This document shows positions 9,978-23,960 of a DNA stretch of 64,000 nt, piece after piece. Source of the stretch: the human T2T-CHM13v2.0 reference genome, Homo sapiens; assembly GCF_009914755.1 (NCBI RefSeq), contig NC_060925.1; one strand, written 5' to 3'. The notes under the pieces are model-generated. The model saw nothing but the letters and a program-made list of their open reading frames with translations, made no database searches and was not told the DNA's origin. A program made the position numbers and the translations under genes. Each line of letters begins with the position of its first letter. The first letter of the stretch is position 1.

Positions 9978-10447
9978 CAGTGCCTCGTTTCCCCGACTTT
10001 ATTCAGTGGCACGTTCACAGCGGGGATGGGGGTAGACACAAGGTGGGGCCTGATCTGTCCTGGAGCCCTGGGGGCACCACACACCATGCACTATGGATGG
10101 GAGGGGGCACAGGAGGGGCTTGGTGGCCCCACAGAAGCCTGTGTACCAGGGAGGAGGCGGTGAGTGCCTGGGTCCCCCTAGCCCAGGCCCGCAATGGGAG
10201 GGGCTGATACTGGGCTGAGATTGAGGGGTGGGGATGGGGGGCACAAAGTGTCTGCTCCAGAAGGGCCAAGTGGCCAAGCCCTTGCAAGGGCACAAGCCCA
10301 CGCCAAGGGCATGAGCCCACAGGGCAGCTGGGGACACTCTGGACACAGAGCTATGCCACTCTCCCTCTTCCCCTCTGGTGAGGGAGAGGAGGATTCTGGG
10401 CTGGGCCAAACAGCTACCCTGTCCTGCCCCATCCTGTCCTCGGCCAA
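9978..10447 (-). other. ERI3: ERI3 3' UTR (cleavage site approximate)
   Basis: Lies between the TGA stop (10450-10448) and the poly(A) signal. Confidence 0.8.
9998..10003 (-). terminator. ERI3: ERI3 poly(A) signal AATAAA
   Basis: tttatt on the + strand; GU-rich element (gtgtgtgtg on the - strand) lies downstream at ~9945-9977. Confidence 0.85.
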
Positions 10448-10530
10448 TCAGAACGGCTTCGATGTCTGCTTGAAGATGAAGCCTCGATAGGCGAGTGTCT
10501 TCATGATGTTGGCAATGTTCTTGCAGTCGT
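10448..10530 (-). CDS. ERI3: ERI3 last coding exon (D-DCKNIANIMKTLAYRGFIFKQTSKPF*); ERI1 exoribonuclease 3 / PRNPIP, DEDDh 3'-5' exonuclease
   Basis: Acceptor tctcctttttag|ac; joins in phase 1 to the exon at 36830 to give ...HSGIDDCKNIA, the ExoIII H-x4-D motif of the ERI1 family. Confidence 0.95.
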
Positions 10531-12679
10531 CTAAAAAGGAGAGAAGACATTTAGATCAGCCCCAGATCCTTCCCCTCCATGCCCACAGGTGCTCTTACAA
10601 GGGTGGGGGTGGGAAGCAGGGTCAGATTCAGGAGACACAGGCTTTAGAGAGGGTGGTCCCATCCCCTGGTGGCAGCATTCCTAGCTTCAGGTTGGTCTGG
10701 GTGATGCTGGGCCGGCAGGAAGCCTGGTCTCGATGCTTCTCAGTTCCATAATTCATGCTGGAAATTGGCCGGCATGTCCCGCCCCAGCCCCAGCGGTGAT
10801 GTATGGGCGCCGTCGCAGTAAGAAAAAGGCAGAGTAAATGTGTAATTTCTCCCTTGACGGCCCCCGGCCGCTGGGCGATCCTTCTTGTTGCTGCCGCGTG
10901 GGGACGGCCCGTCCGCCACACTCCGTCTTCCCGCCACCCGCCTTGATGTCTCCATTTCATTACTGTGCGACCATTCATCACACCCATGGCCAGGGTGACT
11001 TTGCCGGCACTTTCGTGTGTGTGGGAGATGTGACCCAGGCCATAATCACTAGTGACAAGGCACAAGGCTTGGCACTGCTGGGCCAGGGCCCTGGGAAACA
11101 CACCTGCCCTGTGTCCTGGGCTTGTGTGCTCAAACAGCAGCTTGCCTGGGCACCTGTTCCTGTGGAGCTCCGACAGGATGGGGAGGGTCCAGATTTGTGG
11201 TCCTCCTCTTAGCCTTGGCCATCAGCCGTCTACCAAACCCTCCTGTATACATCGGCGGAAGCCCTGCTTCTGTCCCAGTAGGCTCAAAGTGGGTGCTAGT
11301 CACCTTTTTGGGCCCTGTTTCTGCCCATACCTCATGTGGAATGTGTCTGCATGTATCAGACTCTATCACAAACAGTTTCTCCAGTATTGGATGCTTTCAA
11401 CTGTCCTAGAACCCTGGAGGCTGGAGGATCAGGCCTCTGGGGCCTCAGCGTCATGGACATGGGCCAGGATTTGTTTCACCACCACCACCACCAGCAGCAG
11501 GAGGTGCACCTGCCCAGAGCTTATTCCACTAGCAGAAGCCTAGGAGAGAAACAGCCTGAGTGCCTGAGTTTTTCTGTTCAGCTGCCCACAGCAGCCACCA
11601 AACTCATTATCCCCTCACCTGCCTCTTCTCCCACCTCCCTTAGATGCTCCTGGGCCATAACCAGGGCCTCAGCCACCACCAACCTTCATAGGATCGATGC
11701 TGTGATTGTAGAAATATTGTACATCAATGTCATAATCAAGTGTGGGGGGGTATTAAGGTCAAGGTGGGGTCAGGAAGCCTCTGCATGTCAAGGCCCACTT
11801 TTGCCAGGACCTTAGTCTAGGAAGGGGGACCCTCCAGCACTAGAAAAGGGCAGTAGGAGGGCACAGTCTCTGATCAGCCCAGGCCCTGTATCACTAGCCA
11901 GATCCTAGCTCTGCAGAGCCTGCTTTGGGCAGGCAAGTCAGACAGGGTCCTGTGTCGCAGAGATCAGCATGGACGCACCTGCAGTGGATGTGGGCACAGA
12001 GAGGTGACACCTTCCCCCAGGGACTCAGGAAGCCATACGGGCTGGTCTGAGGCAGAACAGTGGAAAGACAGATGGGTGGGTAGTGGCGACCATGGCAACT
12101 CCAGACGTGACCCATCCCCATGGTTTATGGGCCGGACACGCACCCCGCTCAGCTGAGGCCCCATCATTTGTCTCTCTTAGTGTGTGTGCCTATGCTTTGG
12201 GGGTAGTGGGTGGAGGAGGGAGGGGCTGTGCTAGGCAGTTGACAGGAAGGGGAATGGGACCGGAAGGGGCCTAAGAGGGGGAAGGGTTAGGATGGGGTCC
12301 ATGGGCTGTGGTAGTGCCAACAGAGAGACTATGATAGGGTGATTTTCTTCCCAAATAAGTCTGGCCCTATCAGGGAACCTCCAATCCTTCCTGTCTCCGG
12401 TACCCTAGGGACCGTGGCCGCTGTGCATATTAAGAATAAGTCCCCTCGTTATCTGCAATTACCCAGCGGCCACACACCTCATTTCTTCCAGCAGAAAAGA
12501 AAATTAGTTTTCTATTGACTTCATCTGGCTCCTCCCTCATTGCTGGACAAATCGTTCAATTTGCTTCCCCTGGCCCAAGTGAATGTCCCAGCCCCAACCC
12601 CCAGGCCACCAGCCATCCAGTGGGCAAGCACTGTTCTCCCACCTGTGCCTGGCCCTGTGCTGGGAGAGGGTCCCCACGT

Positions 12680-13260
12680 CCCAGTCTCTGTCCTTGACCT
12701 CTCCCCACTCTACACACTGGATGGCTTCATCTAAATCGTGAGTTTCAGCTACCCGCTAAAGATCACCTCTCCAGCCTGGACAGCTCATAGGCTCTACACC
12801 ACATATTCCTGAACATCTCTTTCTAGATAAACCCTAAACGTCCAATCACGAGCTAATTTTCTCTCCAAGCTGCTGCTTACCCCTCACCCTGCTATGTTCT
12901 CCATCCCAGTGAATGGCACCATAATCCACCCAAAATGCCCAAAGAAATCTGAGTCATGTTGCCACTTTGCCCTCTCCCTCACTCTCCAAATCTAATCAAG
13001 TATGAACTTACGCAGATTTTCTCTTCTTCTCTGCCTAATCATCTTGGATTACAACAGCTGTCCTCTTTCTCCCTCAAATTCATTCTCTTACAGCCAAACT
13101 GATCTTTCTTACATAAATCTGATCATGTTCTTCTTCCTTAAAGCCCTTCAGTGGCTCTCCTTGCCCTCAGTTTAAAGTCTACACCAGTAATATGTCTTAA
13201 AGGCTCCGCAAAAATTGATCCCTGCTATTTCTGGTCTCTGCCATGCTCAACCCTCAATCC
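12680..13260 (+). mobile_element. L2 fragment
   Basis: 'ccatcccagtgaatggcacc', 'aaatctgatcatgttcttcttccttaaagcccttcagtggctctcc'. Confidence 0.65.
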
Positions 13261-14171
13261 CTGGACTCCAATCTCAAGGACCCACTCACTGTTTTCTGAA
13301 AATGACAAAGTGGGTTTTGGAGCCAGAAAGACATGTTTCCAATCTTAATTTCACCCACTGGCTGCATACCACACAGCAAGGGCTTAGCGTCTCTAATACT
13401 TAGGTTCCTCCACTAGGGTGATAATGGCCTTGCTGTTATTGTGAGGACCAAACAAGGTGTTGCACCCACATCTTTGCACATGCTGTTCTTTATGCTTGGA
13501 ATGCCTCCTCTTTCTGAAGAAAAGGCAAGGAAGCTAGTTTTCTGGAGGACCTAGTGGTGAGAAAGTGTATACAATTGATAGCACAGATGACTGATAGGGG
13601 CCAGCAGACTTAGTGAAACCAATTGGCATTCACTCCAAATTCTGACTTCAGATCCTGTTTACTGGGTATTTCTGGGGTCTAACTTGTTGCAACTGGCCCA
13701 CTACAATAAAGAGAGACCAGGGAAAGGAAGAAATTTGCTCCAGTTCACCTAACAAGTCAGTGGAATGGCAGTCATGGGCTTCTAGCTCCAGGCTCTTTTT
13801 CCAGCCCTTGAAGCCTTGACAAATATATATATATTTTGTTTTTTAAAGTCTATGGCCCTGCTAGAAAGTGAGGAAGCTTGGCAGAAGAAGCACTAGAGAC
13901 AGATCTGGGGCTTTTAATAGGCCAAAAATTCAGAGAGAGAGAGCAGCAGGGTGTCTGGTGGCAACACAGTCTCTTGGAAAGTTTTCTGCTTGAAGCTCTG
14001 GGGGCCACCTGGGTTAGCAGGCTTGCCTTCCAGCACCTCTCATTGAGCTAAGGAGGCCAGCATGAAGCTGCTGTAGGGTGGGAGTGAGGTGGCAGGGAGC
14101 ACAGCCTTGCACCCACAATAGAGGCCTCCAAGAGGCCTCTACCTCACCTTCAAATTCTAGAAGGCTAACCT

Positions 14172-14317
14172 TTGGTTTTGTTTCATTTTGTCTTGCTCTG
14201 TTGCCCAGGCTGGAGTGCAGTGGCGTGACCTCAGCTCACTGCAACCTCTGCCTCCAATTCTTGTACCTCGGCCTCCCAAAGGGCTGGGATTACAGGCATG
14301 AGCCACCATACCTGGTC
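14172..14317 (-). mobile_element. Internally deleted (monomer-length) Alu with TSD aggctaacct
   Basis: Right-arm end fused to the left-arm 5' part; aggctaacct at 14162-14171 and 14318-14327. Confidence 0.85.
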
Positions 14318-14739
14318 AGGCTAACCTGTTTTTATGTTTCTGCAGGATCATCAATTTGTGACAAGATGACCCTCTCCTCTTCTTTTTTGGGGCATTAATA
14401 TTCTCAGTGTTGGAAATATTTTTATATTGCCAAGACCATAATGTGAGGAGTGCAGCTGCATAAATCCCTGAGAGAAGATTAGTGGGGCTAGCACCTTACA
14501 AGGAAAGACAAGCTTGTTGGCTGGGCCCAAGGACAGTCAAATGTCTGCCTGACAATCTCCACACAGAAGGGTTGCTCAGATCACTTAGGACACCCAGAAA
14601 GAGCTCACAAAGGGCAAACAACCTAAGGCTGATATTCTCCATTAGCGGTACTTACCTGGGAACTGAGTGGCAGTGGACAGGAAGCAGGGCCTGGGCTAGG
14701 GAGACCCTCAGGAGGAAGGGGACCCAAGAAGTTAGAAGT

Positions 14740-15600
14740 CCATTCATTCATATACTCATTCATTCAGCAAACATGCGCTGACACCTTCTGTATGCTCAGT
14801 GATCTTGTACCATATGGCTTCTGAGGGATGTGCAAGACTCTGTAGCTCCCTGCCTTCAAGGAACTCAAAGACAGCCCTGTCAGGTGTGCAGTGCTATGAG
14901 AAAAGGACGCATGGAAAAGTTATCTAGTTCTGTTTGAGGATTAAATATTCCAAAGTTAAGCAGAGGTCTTAGGGGATGGGGGAGGGAGCTAGCCCACCTT
15001 GTTAGGGCTGGGGTGAGGAAGGTGTTCAATAAATAGTACAGGCACATTTATGGAGGTGAAATGTGGAGTGTCCAAATAAGTTTATCAGATGGGTGGGGGG
15101 ATGAAGAATCAGAAGGGAGTGGCAACGAGATGAAGCTGGTGGTCAGTGACTGACTAAAGGGAATCCTGAAGAACCTAAATGCTAAACTAAGGAGCTTAAG
15201 ATGTTAATATTCTGAGAATGATGGACATTGACATGTTTAAGGAGGGGAATGACAGTACCAGATCTTGTTTCAGAATTATGATCCTAGATGTGAGGACAGG
15301 ATTGGAAGGATTAACCCTGAAGGCAGACAGATCAATTAGCAGATTGTACTATGGTCCAGACCAGAAATAATGGCCCAGAACAGGCCAGTGGCAGTGGAAA
15401 TGGAGGAGAAGATCTATTGATGATGTGGGGGAAGTGGATGGAGGTAAGAGAATTTTTAGGAAATAGAACGAGCAGTCCTTAATGGGGGGATTAGGACAGC
15501 ACAGGGGGAGCATCTAGGATCTCAGTGCCACTCACTGAGATAAGGCATACCAGGGAAGGTGCAAATTTGGATGAGTTAAGTCATATTCCTATGGGACATC
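14740..15600 (-). mobile_element. L2 fragment
   Basis: 'cattcattcagcaaacatg' reverse L2 end and the characteristic purine-rich body. Confidence 0.65.
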
Positions 15601-15666
15601 TAAATTTGTCAGGCATTTCTTTATGGTTTCTAGGCTAATGTCTTGCTTCTCTATCTCAGCATTATT

Positions 15667-15668
<2 letters not shown>

Positions 15669-15700
<32 letters not shown>
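15669..15700. repeat. (AC)16 microsatellite
   Basis: Direct reading. Confidence 0.95.
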
Positions 15701-15706
<6 letters not shown>

Positions 15707-16384
15707 TCCTATGTTTTCTTCTAATACTTTCAGTTTTTTTAATATATTAACTTTTTAATCTGTCTGGAATTTATTTTTGTGTGTGGTAAGAAATAAAAAC
15801 TCTAACTTTTTTCCCCCTAATAGCCAATTGTCCTACCACCATTGATTGAACTGTCAACACTTTCCCCACCCTTTTGAAACGACAGCTCTATCACATATAC
15901 AATTCCCATACATGTGTCTGTTGGAGGCAGGAGTGAATGTATGTGAAATGATCAAAGAAGCCAATCAAACTGGGGGAACAGGAGGGACAGTAGGGTGGCA
16001 AGCTGCTGATCTTATGGGACTAAGAGGGAGTGTGGCCTAAAGGAACATGCAGACACATCCTGAGGTCTGCTGGAGTCTCCACAGGCCTCCTGCCTGCAGA
16101 ATGCTTAGCTTGGTAACACACTTTATTACTGATCTTCAGGACATGGTGAGGAATGGGGCAAGAGTCCATGGAACAGGGACCAGAAGAGGTAGGGTAGGGT
16201 AGTTGGGAGGTAGGTGTGGAGAACAGTGCAAGGAGAAGGAACCATGCATGGTAAGGGTGACACAGCAGGATCCTTGGGTGTGTCCACGTTCTAGAACCTC
16301 AACTGTTGCCACATCTGTCTGTCCAGACATCCTGGCAGCAGTAATGCCCTGAGAGCAAAGTGCCAGTGCCTAGGCCTGCTTGAC

Positions 16385-16530
16385 ACAGGACTGCCAGATT
16401 AAATGCAGCCCCACCAGCTCCATACAGGACATACTTATACTATATTTTTTATACTAAAAATTATTTATCTGAAATTCAGATTTAACTAGTGTCCTGTATT
16501 ATTTGTAACCCTGTATTATCTGGCAACTCT
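16385..16530. mobile_element. MER53-like hAT MITE
   Basis: 'caggactgccagatta...tttatctgaaattcagatttaactagtgtcctgtatt...tatctggcaactct' with inverted termini. Confidence 0.7.
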
Positions 16531-16649
16531 GTGATGGGGACCCAACAGCTGGGTGCAGTTTAAGGTTTAGCATCAAATGTTAGCTTAGAAGGAAGATGAG
16601 GGCCAAGGCAGTGAGTTTAGGACTGACACAGCAGATGGCCCCAGTATAT

Positions 16650-16860
16650 CCTGCTTCTGGGTTTGAATCCAAACTCCACCACTTAATAACCATGTGAACT
16701 TGAGCAAGTTCCTGAATTTTATTTAACTTATCTTTGTTTTGGTTTCTTCTTCTCTAAAATGGGAATAATAATAATTATAGCAATAACTTCCCTCAAAGTG
16801 TTGTTAAAAAGATGAGTTATTTGTGAAGTGCTTAAAACAGTAGCTCGGTTAGTTATTATT
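16650..16860 (+). mobile_element. MIR
   Basis: 'tgggtttgaatcc...ccacttaataaccatgtgaacttgagcaagtt...aaaatgggaataataata...aagtgcttaaaacagt'. Confidence 0.8.
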
Positions 16861-19821
16861 TTTGTTATTCCAATAACATCTAAAAATAATGTTATTCCAA
16901 CAATAAATTCCTGATATCCCCACCCCCCGGTTCCTTGTCTCAGACATGGCCTACACAGTCCCCTGCGCCCCCATTCACGGCCACCTTGGCCCACCCGACC
17001 CACTTCCTAGACACACACTCCCTTCTCCCCACAGCCATGGCTCCCATAGCTTCCTACCCCTCCCCCAGACAGGATCCTTACAGCCTCCACTCCAAAGTGA
17101 CCCCTTCTTTCAGCCCCTCCCCTCAGCCCCCTCCACCCCACCGAGGTGCCTGGAGGTGCCACAGGCTGATGGTGAAGGATGACGATGGTTCCACAATAAG
17201 GGGAAAAGGCAATTTCATCTTGATTAGCAGGCGATTTCTCTCACCGTAATAAGCGCGCTCCAAATAATTAGCGTGTTTTACGTAATAATGAAATTACAGA
17301 AATGCAGTCCACTTATTCAAACAACTCACCATTACCATATTTTTAAATATTAGACTTAATTAGAGTTTATCACTTCAGAGAAGTATGCGGACCGAAGATG
17401 TTTTTAAAAAAATCCTCATAAAGTGTTTATTAAGCGCTGGTAAAGCTGGGATAATGATGTGTTTGGAAATTAAGGCAATCAAACACTTACCGCCGCTCCT
17501 GGAGGCCAGGCATGGAAATGAGGCCATTACACACCCATTACCCGCCAGCTCACAGCCACTTGGGGGCGGTGGGGTGGAGGGGGGGATGTGCCTGGCCGGG
17601 AGGGCACAGTGCCTGGAAACCCCTTTGCCAGCATCCCAGAACTGCCTGACCAGTAAGCATAGCATCAAACCCCTTATGTCGCTTGCAGTGCATTTGGCCA
17701 CCAGGAACTCAACTCAGATTTGGCGAGGCAAAGGACATGATTGGTCCCAAATGCCAAAGATGATACCCAAGACAAACCCTTATCCAGACTCCCAGGCCTG
17801 GCAGGACATGTCAACGTCATTCAAACCCCAATACAGAATGAGGACAGAAACCACGTTGGGCAGCCAGGGAGGTCCACAAGAGGAGGTGGAGGGTGAATCC
17901 CACCTGCTGGCTCCAGCCACTGCAGAGGAAGCTACAGGCCTAGACCAGGTGACCACTCCCAAGTCTTGGCCACACAGGAGAAGGTAGCTGGAGTGGTGGG
18001 AGAAGCTGAGGAATTGTGCTGCGAGCCAAAGAGGCAGAAGAGTCAGGGGCCAGGCTCAAGAACAGACATGGGGCCAGAACCTGGATCAGGGAAAGCAGGC
18101 AAGAACGGTGGCAGGGAGAGTGGCTGGTGGCTCCAGGCCCCATTTATCCCAGTGAATAACTAATTCTAGAATTTATAGTGCTGGGTTTTTGTTCTGTGGC
18201 CATTTTTATCTGCAAGGGAAGGAAATGAAGAGGCAGCACGGACACCACATCTTTCTGTGTTATTGCTTGTCTGCCATTTGCAAATCATTATTAATTGTGG
18301 GCCCTGGTGGCAGGCTGGGTGGGGGCCAGGCTGGGTACATCCACATAGCTCTTCATCAAGGACCCCAGCCGCTGCCCCAGAGAGCCAATTACCCCGCCCT
18401 GATTGGGATCAGATAAAGAGGGAATTTTTACAAATTAGGGAATAAATAGAATTTCCACACAGGGTGCGGGCAGGACCTGAGAGGCTATAATGAAAAACCA
18501 TCCGTCACCATCAGTGCGGCCTGGGCACGCAGCCCCGGCACTCCCTCCCTTGTGGGCCCGCCCTAATGCTCAGGGGCCTGGGCGTACAGGTCTGAGGACA
18601 CCCCAAACCCTTCCAAGGCCTGGAAGCGGGAGCGGAGTTCTCAGGGGGTGCATACACCCTTTGGGCTGAAGATGCTTGGGCCCTAGCTCTGGCCTGGCCC
18701 TAATGCTGCCTCTTCCTTTTCCTACCTCTCCCTTCCTCAGGCTCTTGGGAAGGAGGAGACTGAGGCAGTCCTGAGAAAGACCAGAGTTGGGGACCACAGG
18801 ACAAAGACCACATCCATGTCCCCACAGCCATGGCAACCCTAGGGCAGAGCCCCAGCCCCATGGACCACTCACGCGACTCCCATTAGCACTCCTCCCCTTG
18901 AATCATTAAATATGTATATCTTATTACACGCCTTGTTAGAGTATCGAGCTCTATTGACTGATGATAAATCCTGAGCCTCGTCCTGGCCATAAATTTATCT
19001 GGAGATGATGAAGACTCAATAATCTAGTCAGGCAGATAATATCATCGGGCCTTAAAAAAGATCATTACATTATATGTCAGAATTAAAAGTGAAATACGCC
19101 GTAGTAACAGGGCGGCTGCTCTGGCCATTACAGAGGATGCCCGCCTCCCCCAGATCAATCCCAGCCAAGGCCCCATCCAGGTAGAGGAGCCAGGAAGCCT
19201 CACCTTTCTCCTGGTCTGGGATGCCACAACTAGAAGTGCCAGGTTATAGCCAGATCACCTACAGCCAAGTGAAGGGAACCCAGCCAGGGAGGGGTTGGCT
19301 ACTGAGAACAGCTGAGCAGATCTGCCATACCTGGCAGCCTCATCAGTCTTCTGGGTCCTGTAGTGGATTCAATAGGAAGGTGTCAGGGCCTTACCCTCTT
19401 CCAGAATGGCCTGAACTACCAGGACAGATTCTTTGCAAAATGAGGACACTGAGATACAGAGAGGTTATGCCACTTGCCTGTGCTGCCCCGGGCAGCTGCA
19501 AAGTTCCAGGACCTGTGACCCGGCCCCAGACCCACGTGCCAGCAGACTATCTGGAGACTTTCTTGTGAGCACATGCTATCAATCCAGACCATGGCCACCT
19601 CCCTCCCGAGAGACCTGCCTGCCACAACCTCTATATCCTGACCTTTTGAGAAATCTTGTTGCCAGCCTCTTCCTTCTTTGACTTTAGTACTAATGGCCTT
19701 CTCCATTGTATCTAATTTCCACCCATTTTCACAGTAACACAGTCAACCTTTTAAATATCCTACTACTCTTCCTTTGAAATATTAAATCCAAATATCCCTT
19801 GTTTCTGACAATAACAATAAC

Positions 19822-20166
19822 AAGGTTATTATCCAAAGTGCTTGGAGACCAGGAGTGTTTTGAATTTTGAATTTTTTTCAGATTGTGCAATATTTGCATA
19901 TACATGAGATATCTTGGGGATGGGGTCCCAAGTCTAAACACAGAATTCATTTATTTATGTTTCTTATACACTTTATGCACATACCCTGAAGGTAATTTTA
20001 TATAATCGTTTATATAATTTTGTGCATAAAACAAAGTTTTGACGGCGACCCATCACATGAGGTCAGGTGTGGAATTTTCCACTTGTGGTATCATGCTGGC
20101 AGTCAAAAAGTTTCGAATTTTGGAGCATTCTGCATTGGGATTTTCAGATTATGGATGCCTAACCTG
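19822..20166 (+). mobile_element. Tigger4/MER46-family TcMar DNA transposon MITE
   Basis: 'ttatccaaagtgcttggagaccaggagtgttttgaatttt...catgaggtcaggtgtggaattttccacttgtgg...ggatgcctaacctg'. Confidence 0.75.
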
Positions 20167-20194
20167 TCTGTATACTTTTTTTTTCACTCACTGA

Positions 20195-21067
<873 letters not shown>

Positions 21068-21409
21068 GAATGTAAAGGCAGGAAGGAGAATGACATAAGG
21101 AATGGACCTTACAACATAGAACTCACTGAATAAAGGAGGCAGGCCGAAGGACAAAGAGGACGCTGCTATTTCAGGCTGGGAAGTTGGTAACCGTTTTTTT
21201 CTTTTGCTCTCTTGAAACATTTGATCAAATTGTTTCTTGCTGTATCTCAGGACACAGGCTATGTTAGGAAAAAGGCTAAAAGAATCAAGTTTAGACTAAA
21301 ACCCCAGTGAAAACAGAGAGGGAAGAAATATAGCTTTACTAAGAAAGGCATTCTATGAGTATGGCTTGCAATATAAGTTGACTAAACACCCCTCAGTTCC
21401 ACAAAATCA

Positions 21410-21790
21410 TCAGACTATTCAGACTTCTTCTTTCTTTCTGCCCTGCCATTCTCGGCATGTGGTTTCCAATCCTCAGACTATTTCATAGTCCAAAATAGCT
21501 GCTGGAGCTCCAACCATCAAATCCACATTCCAGGAAAAAGAAAGGGGGAAGACGGGAAAAGGCAAGAATAGCGTATTTCCCAGATGAGCTGTTTCCCTTT
21601 AGGTATCATTCCTGCAAGTCCCAGACAACACATTTCCTTTTGTTTCACCGGCCAGAGCTCAGAGACATGGCTGTACCTAGCTGTCTGGAAAACTAAAAAC
21701 GTAGTCTTTTAACTAGGTACACACTGATTATTATACAGCGGTTCTATAATTATACAGGGGTTCTATTTAGTGAAAAAGAAGGGAAAAGTC
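21410..21790 (-). mobile_element. ERVL/MaLR-type LTR fragment (LTR33/MLT1-like)
   Basis: 'aaaatagctgctggagctccaaccatcaaatccacattccagg', 'catggctgtacctagctg'. Confidence 0.55.
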
Positions 21791-22107
21791 ATAGTTTCTG
21801 TCCTAGCAACGTAACTGACATGTCTGCCTTTGGAGCCTGGATTGCATGGTCCATCATTTCAGTCTTTTTCTTGCCAATCCTCAACTCTCTTATTCCCTTT
21901 TCCTTGTCACCCTTGCCTGGAAAAACCCAGACTCTGCCTTCTCTGTGCCTGCCACCTGGAGCGTATGACTAGAGAAAATCACAACCATATAGACTAGTGC
22001 CACTTACAAAATCAGAGTCATCAGCCTCAGCTGGGTATATAAAACTGCCCAGCCAATCTCCAGTGTTCCTGATCAGTGTGCACTCTCTCTCCCTTCACCC
22101 ATAGTGA

Positions 22108-22548
<441 letters not shown>

Positions 22549-23052
22549 TGAGTACTCCTATTTCCACTGATACAGCTTCACTTTTTTCTTCTGCATTGGT
22601 TCCTTCACATAAGCATGTAAATATATTAATTCTCTCCCATCTTGGGAGTAAACAAGTCTCCCTTTAACTCCCTTTTCCATTGGCTAGTACCCAATCTCTC
22701 CTCCCTTTTAGAGGCAAACTTCAGAGTTGTTTACACTCAAGATCTTATTTCCTCATCTCCCACCTTGCGATCTGATCACTGCTCTACCAACACTGCTTTC
22801 TCTAATGATCCCTATGACTCATGAGGATGAAGCTTTTCAGGTTTTGATTGATAGACAATTGGTGAACAATCCACTCCTTGAAGCTCTCTTCCCTAGGCTT
22901 CAGTGACCCACTCTCACTTTTCATGCAATTCTCCTTGGTTCCTTTGAACACTCCCTTTCTTTTGATCACCTCTTAGATATGGATGTTGCTCAGAACTGTC
23001 ATTGGTCTCTTCCCTTCTCACTCTCTCTCCGTGGGCAAACTTATCCCCTCCT

Positions 23053-23126
23053 GGAGCTTTAATTACCATATATTTTCCAATAATTTCTAGGAGCTTTAAT
23101 TACCATATATTTTTCAATAATTTCTA
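23053..23126. repeat. 37-bp tandem duplication
   Basis: ggagctttaattaccatatatttt(c/t)caataatttcta x2. Confidence 0.9.
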
Positions 23127-23269
23127 AGCCCATGTTCCCATTACCAACATCCTGGTCCAGGCCACCATCATCTCCCATCTAGGTAACGGCAGTGCCCCTG
23201 CCAATCTTTCTTCCATGGTGTCCTTTTAAACCACCAATCTGGTCATTTCACTCCCTGTCTTAAAACCCG

Positions 23270-23583
<314 letters not shown>

Positions 23584-23589
23584 TCAATG

Positions 23590-23960
23590 AACCTGGAGCA
23601 GAAAAAGAACATTAATGGAAACACTGGTGAAATTAAAATAAGGCTTTTGAGACAGGGTTTCTTTCTGTTGCCCAGGCTGGAGTGCAGTGGCGTGATCTCA
23701 GCTCACTGCATCTCCGCCTCCCAGGTTCAGCCGATTCCCGTGCCTCAGCCTCCCAAGTAGCTGGGATTACACGCGTGTGCCACCATACCCGGCCTAAGAG
23801 GCCCTTTAATGTAGCACAGTACCAATGTTAATTTTCTGGTACTGATAACTGTATTGTGATTATGTAAGATGTTAACATGAGGGAAAGCTGGGTAAGGGAT
23901 ACATAGAAACTTTCCTACAAATGTAAAATTAATTCAAAGTAAAAAGTTTAAGAGTCAAAA
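23590..23960 (+). mobile_element. Old L1M 3' end, interrupted by an Alu arm
   Basis: 'agaaaaagaacattaatggaaacactggtgaaatt' ... 'gtaagatgttaacatgagggaaagctgggtaaggg...aaaaagtttaa'. Confidence 0.7.
23644..23794 (-). mobile_element. Alu right-arm fragment
   Basis: 'gagacagggtttc...cccaggctggagtgcagtggcgtgatctcagctcactgca...gctgggattaca'. Confidence 0.9.

Noticed and set aside
9632-10550. 191-aa (+) and 183-aa (-) ORFs
   Set aside because: They overlap the intergenic gap and ERI3 3' UTR or the wrong frame of the last exon; no recognisable protein. The internal MALHT repeat just reflects the 15-mer DNA repeat.
11331-11539. Possible cryptic ERI3 exon on the - strand (tttctctcctag|gc ... gag|gtatgg), which would stop after 3 codons
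   Set aside because: Such splice-site pairs occur often by chance in a 26-kb intron; no independent support in the sequence.
17385-17987. 200-aa ORF
   Set aside because: Intronic and antisense to ERI3, with no recognisable domain or promoter/splice context.
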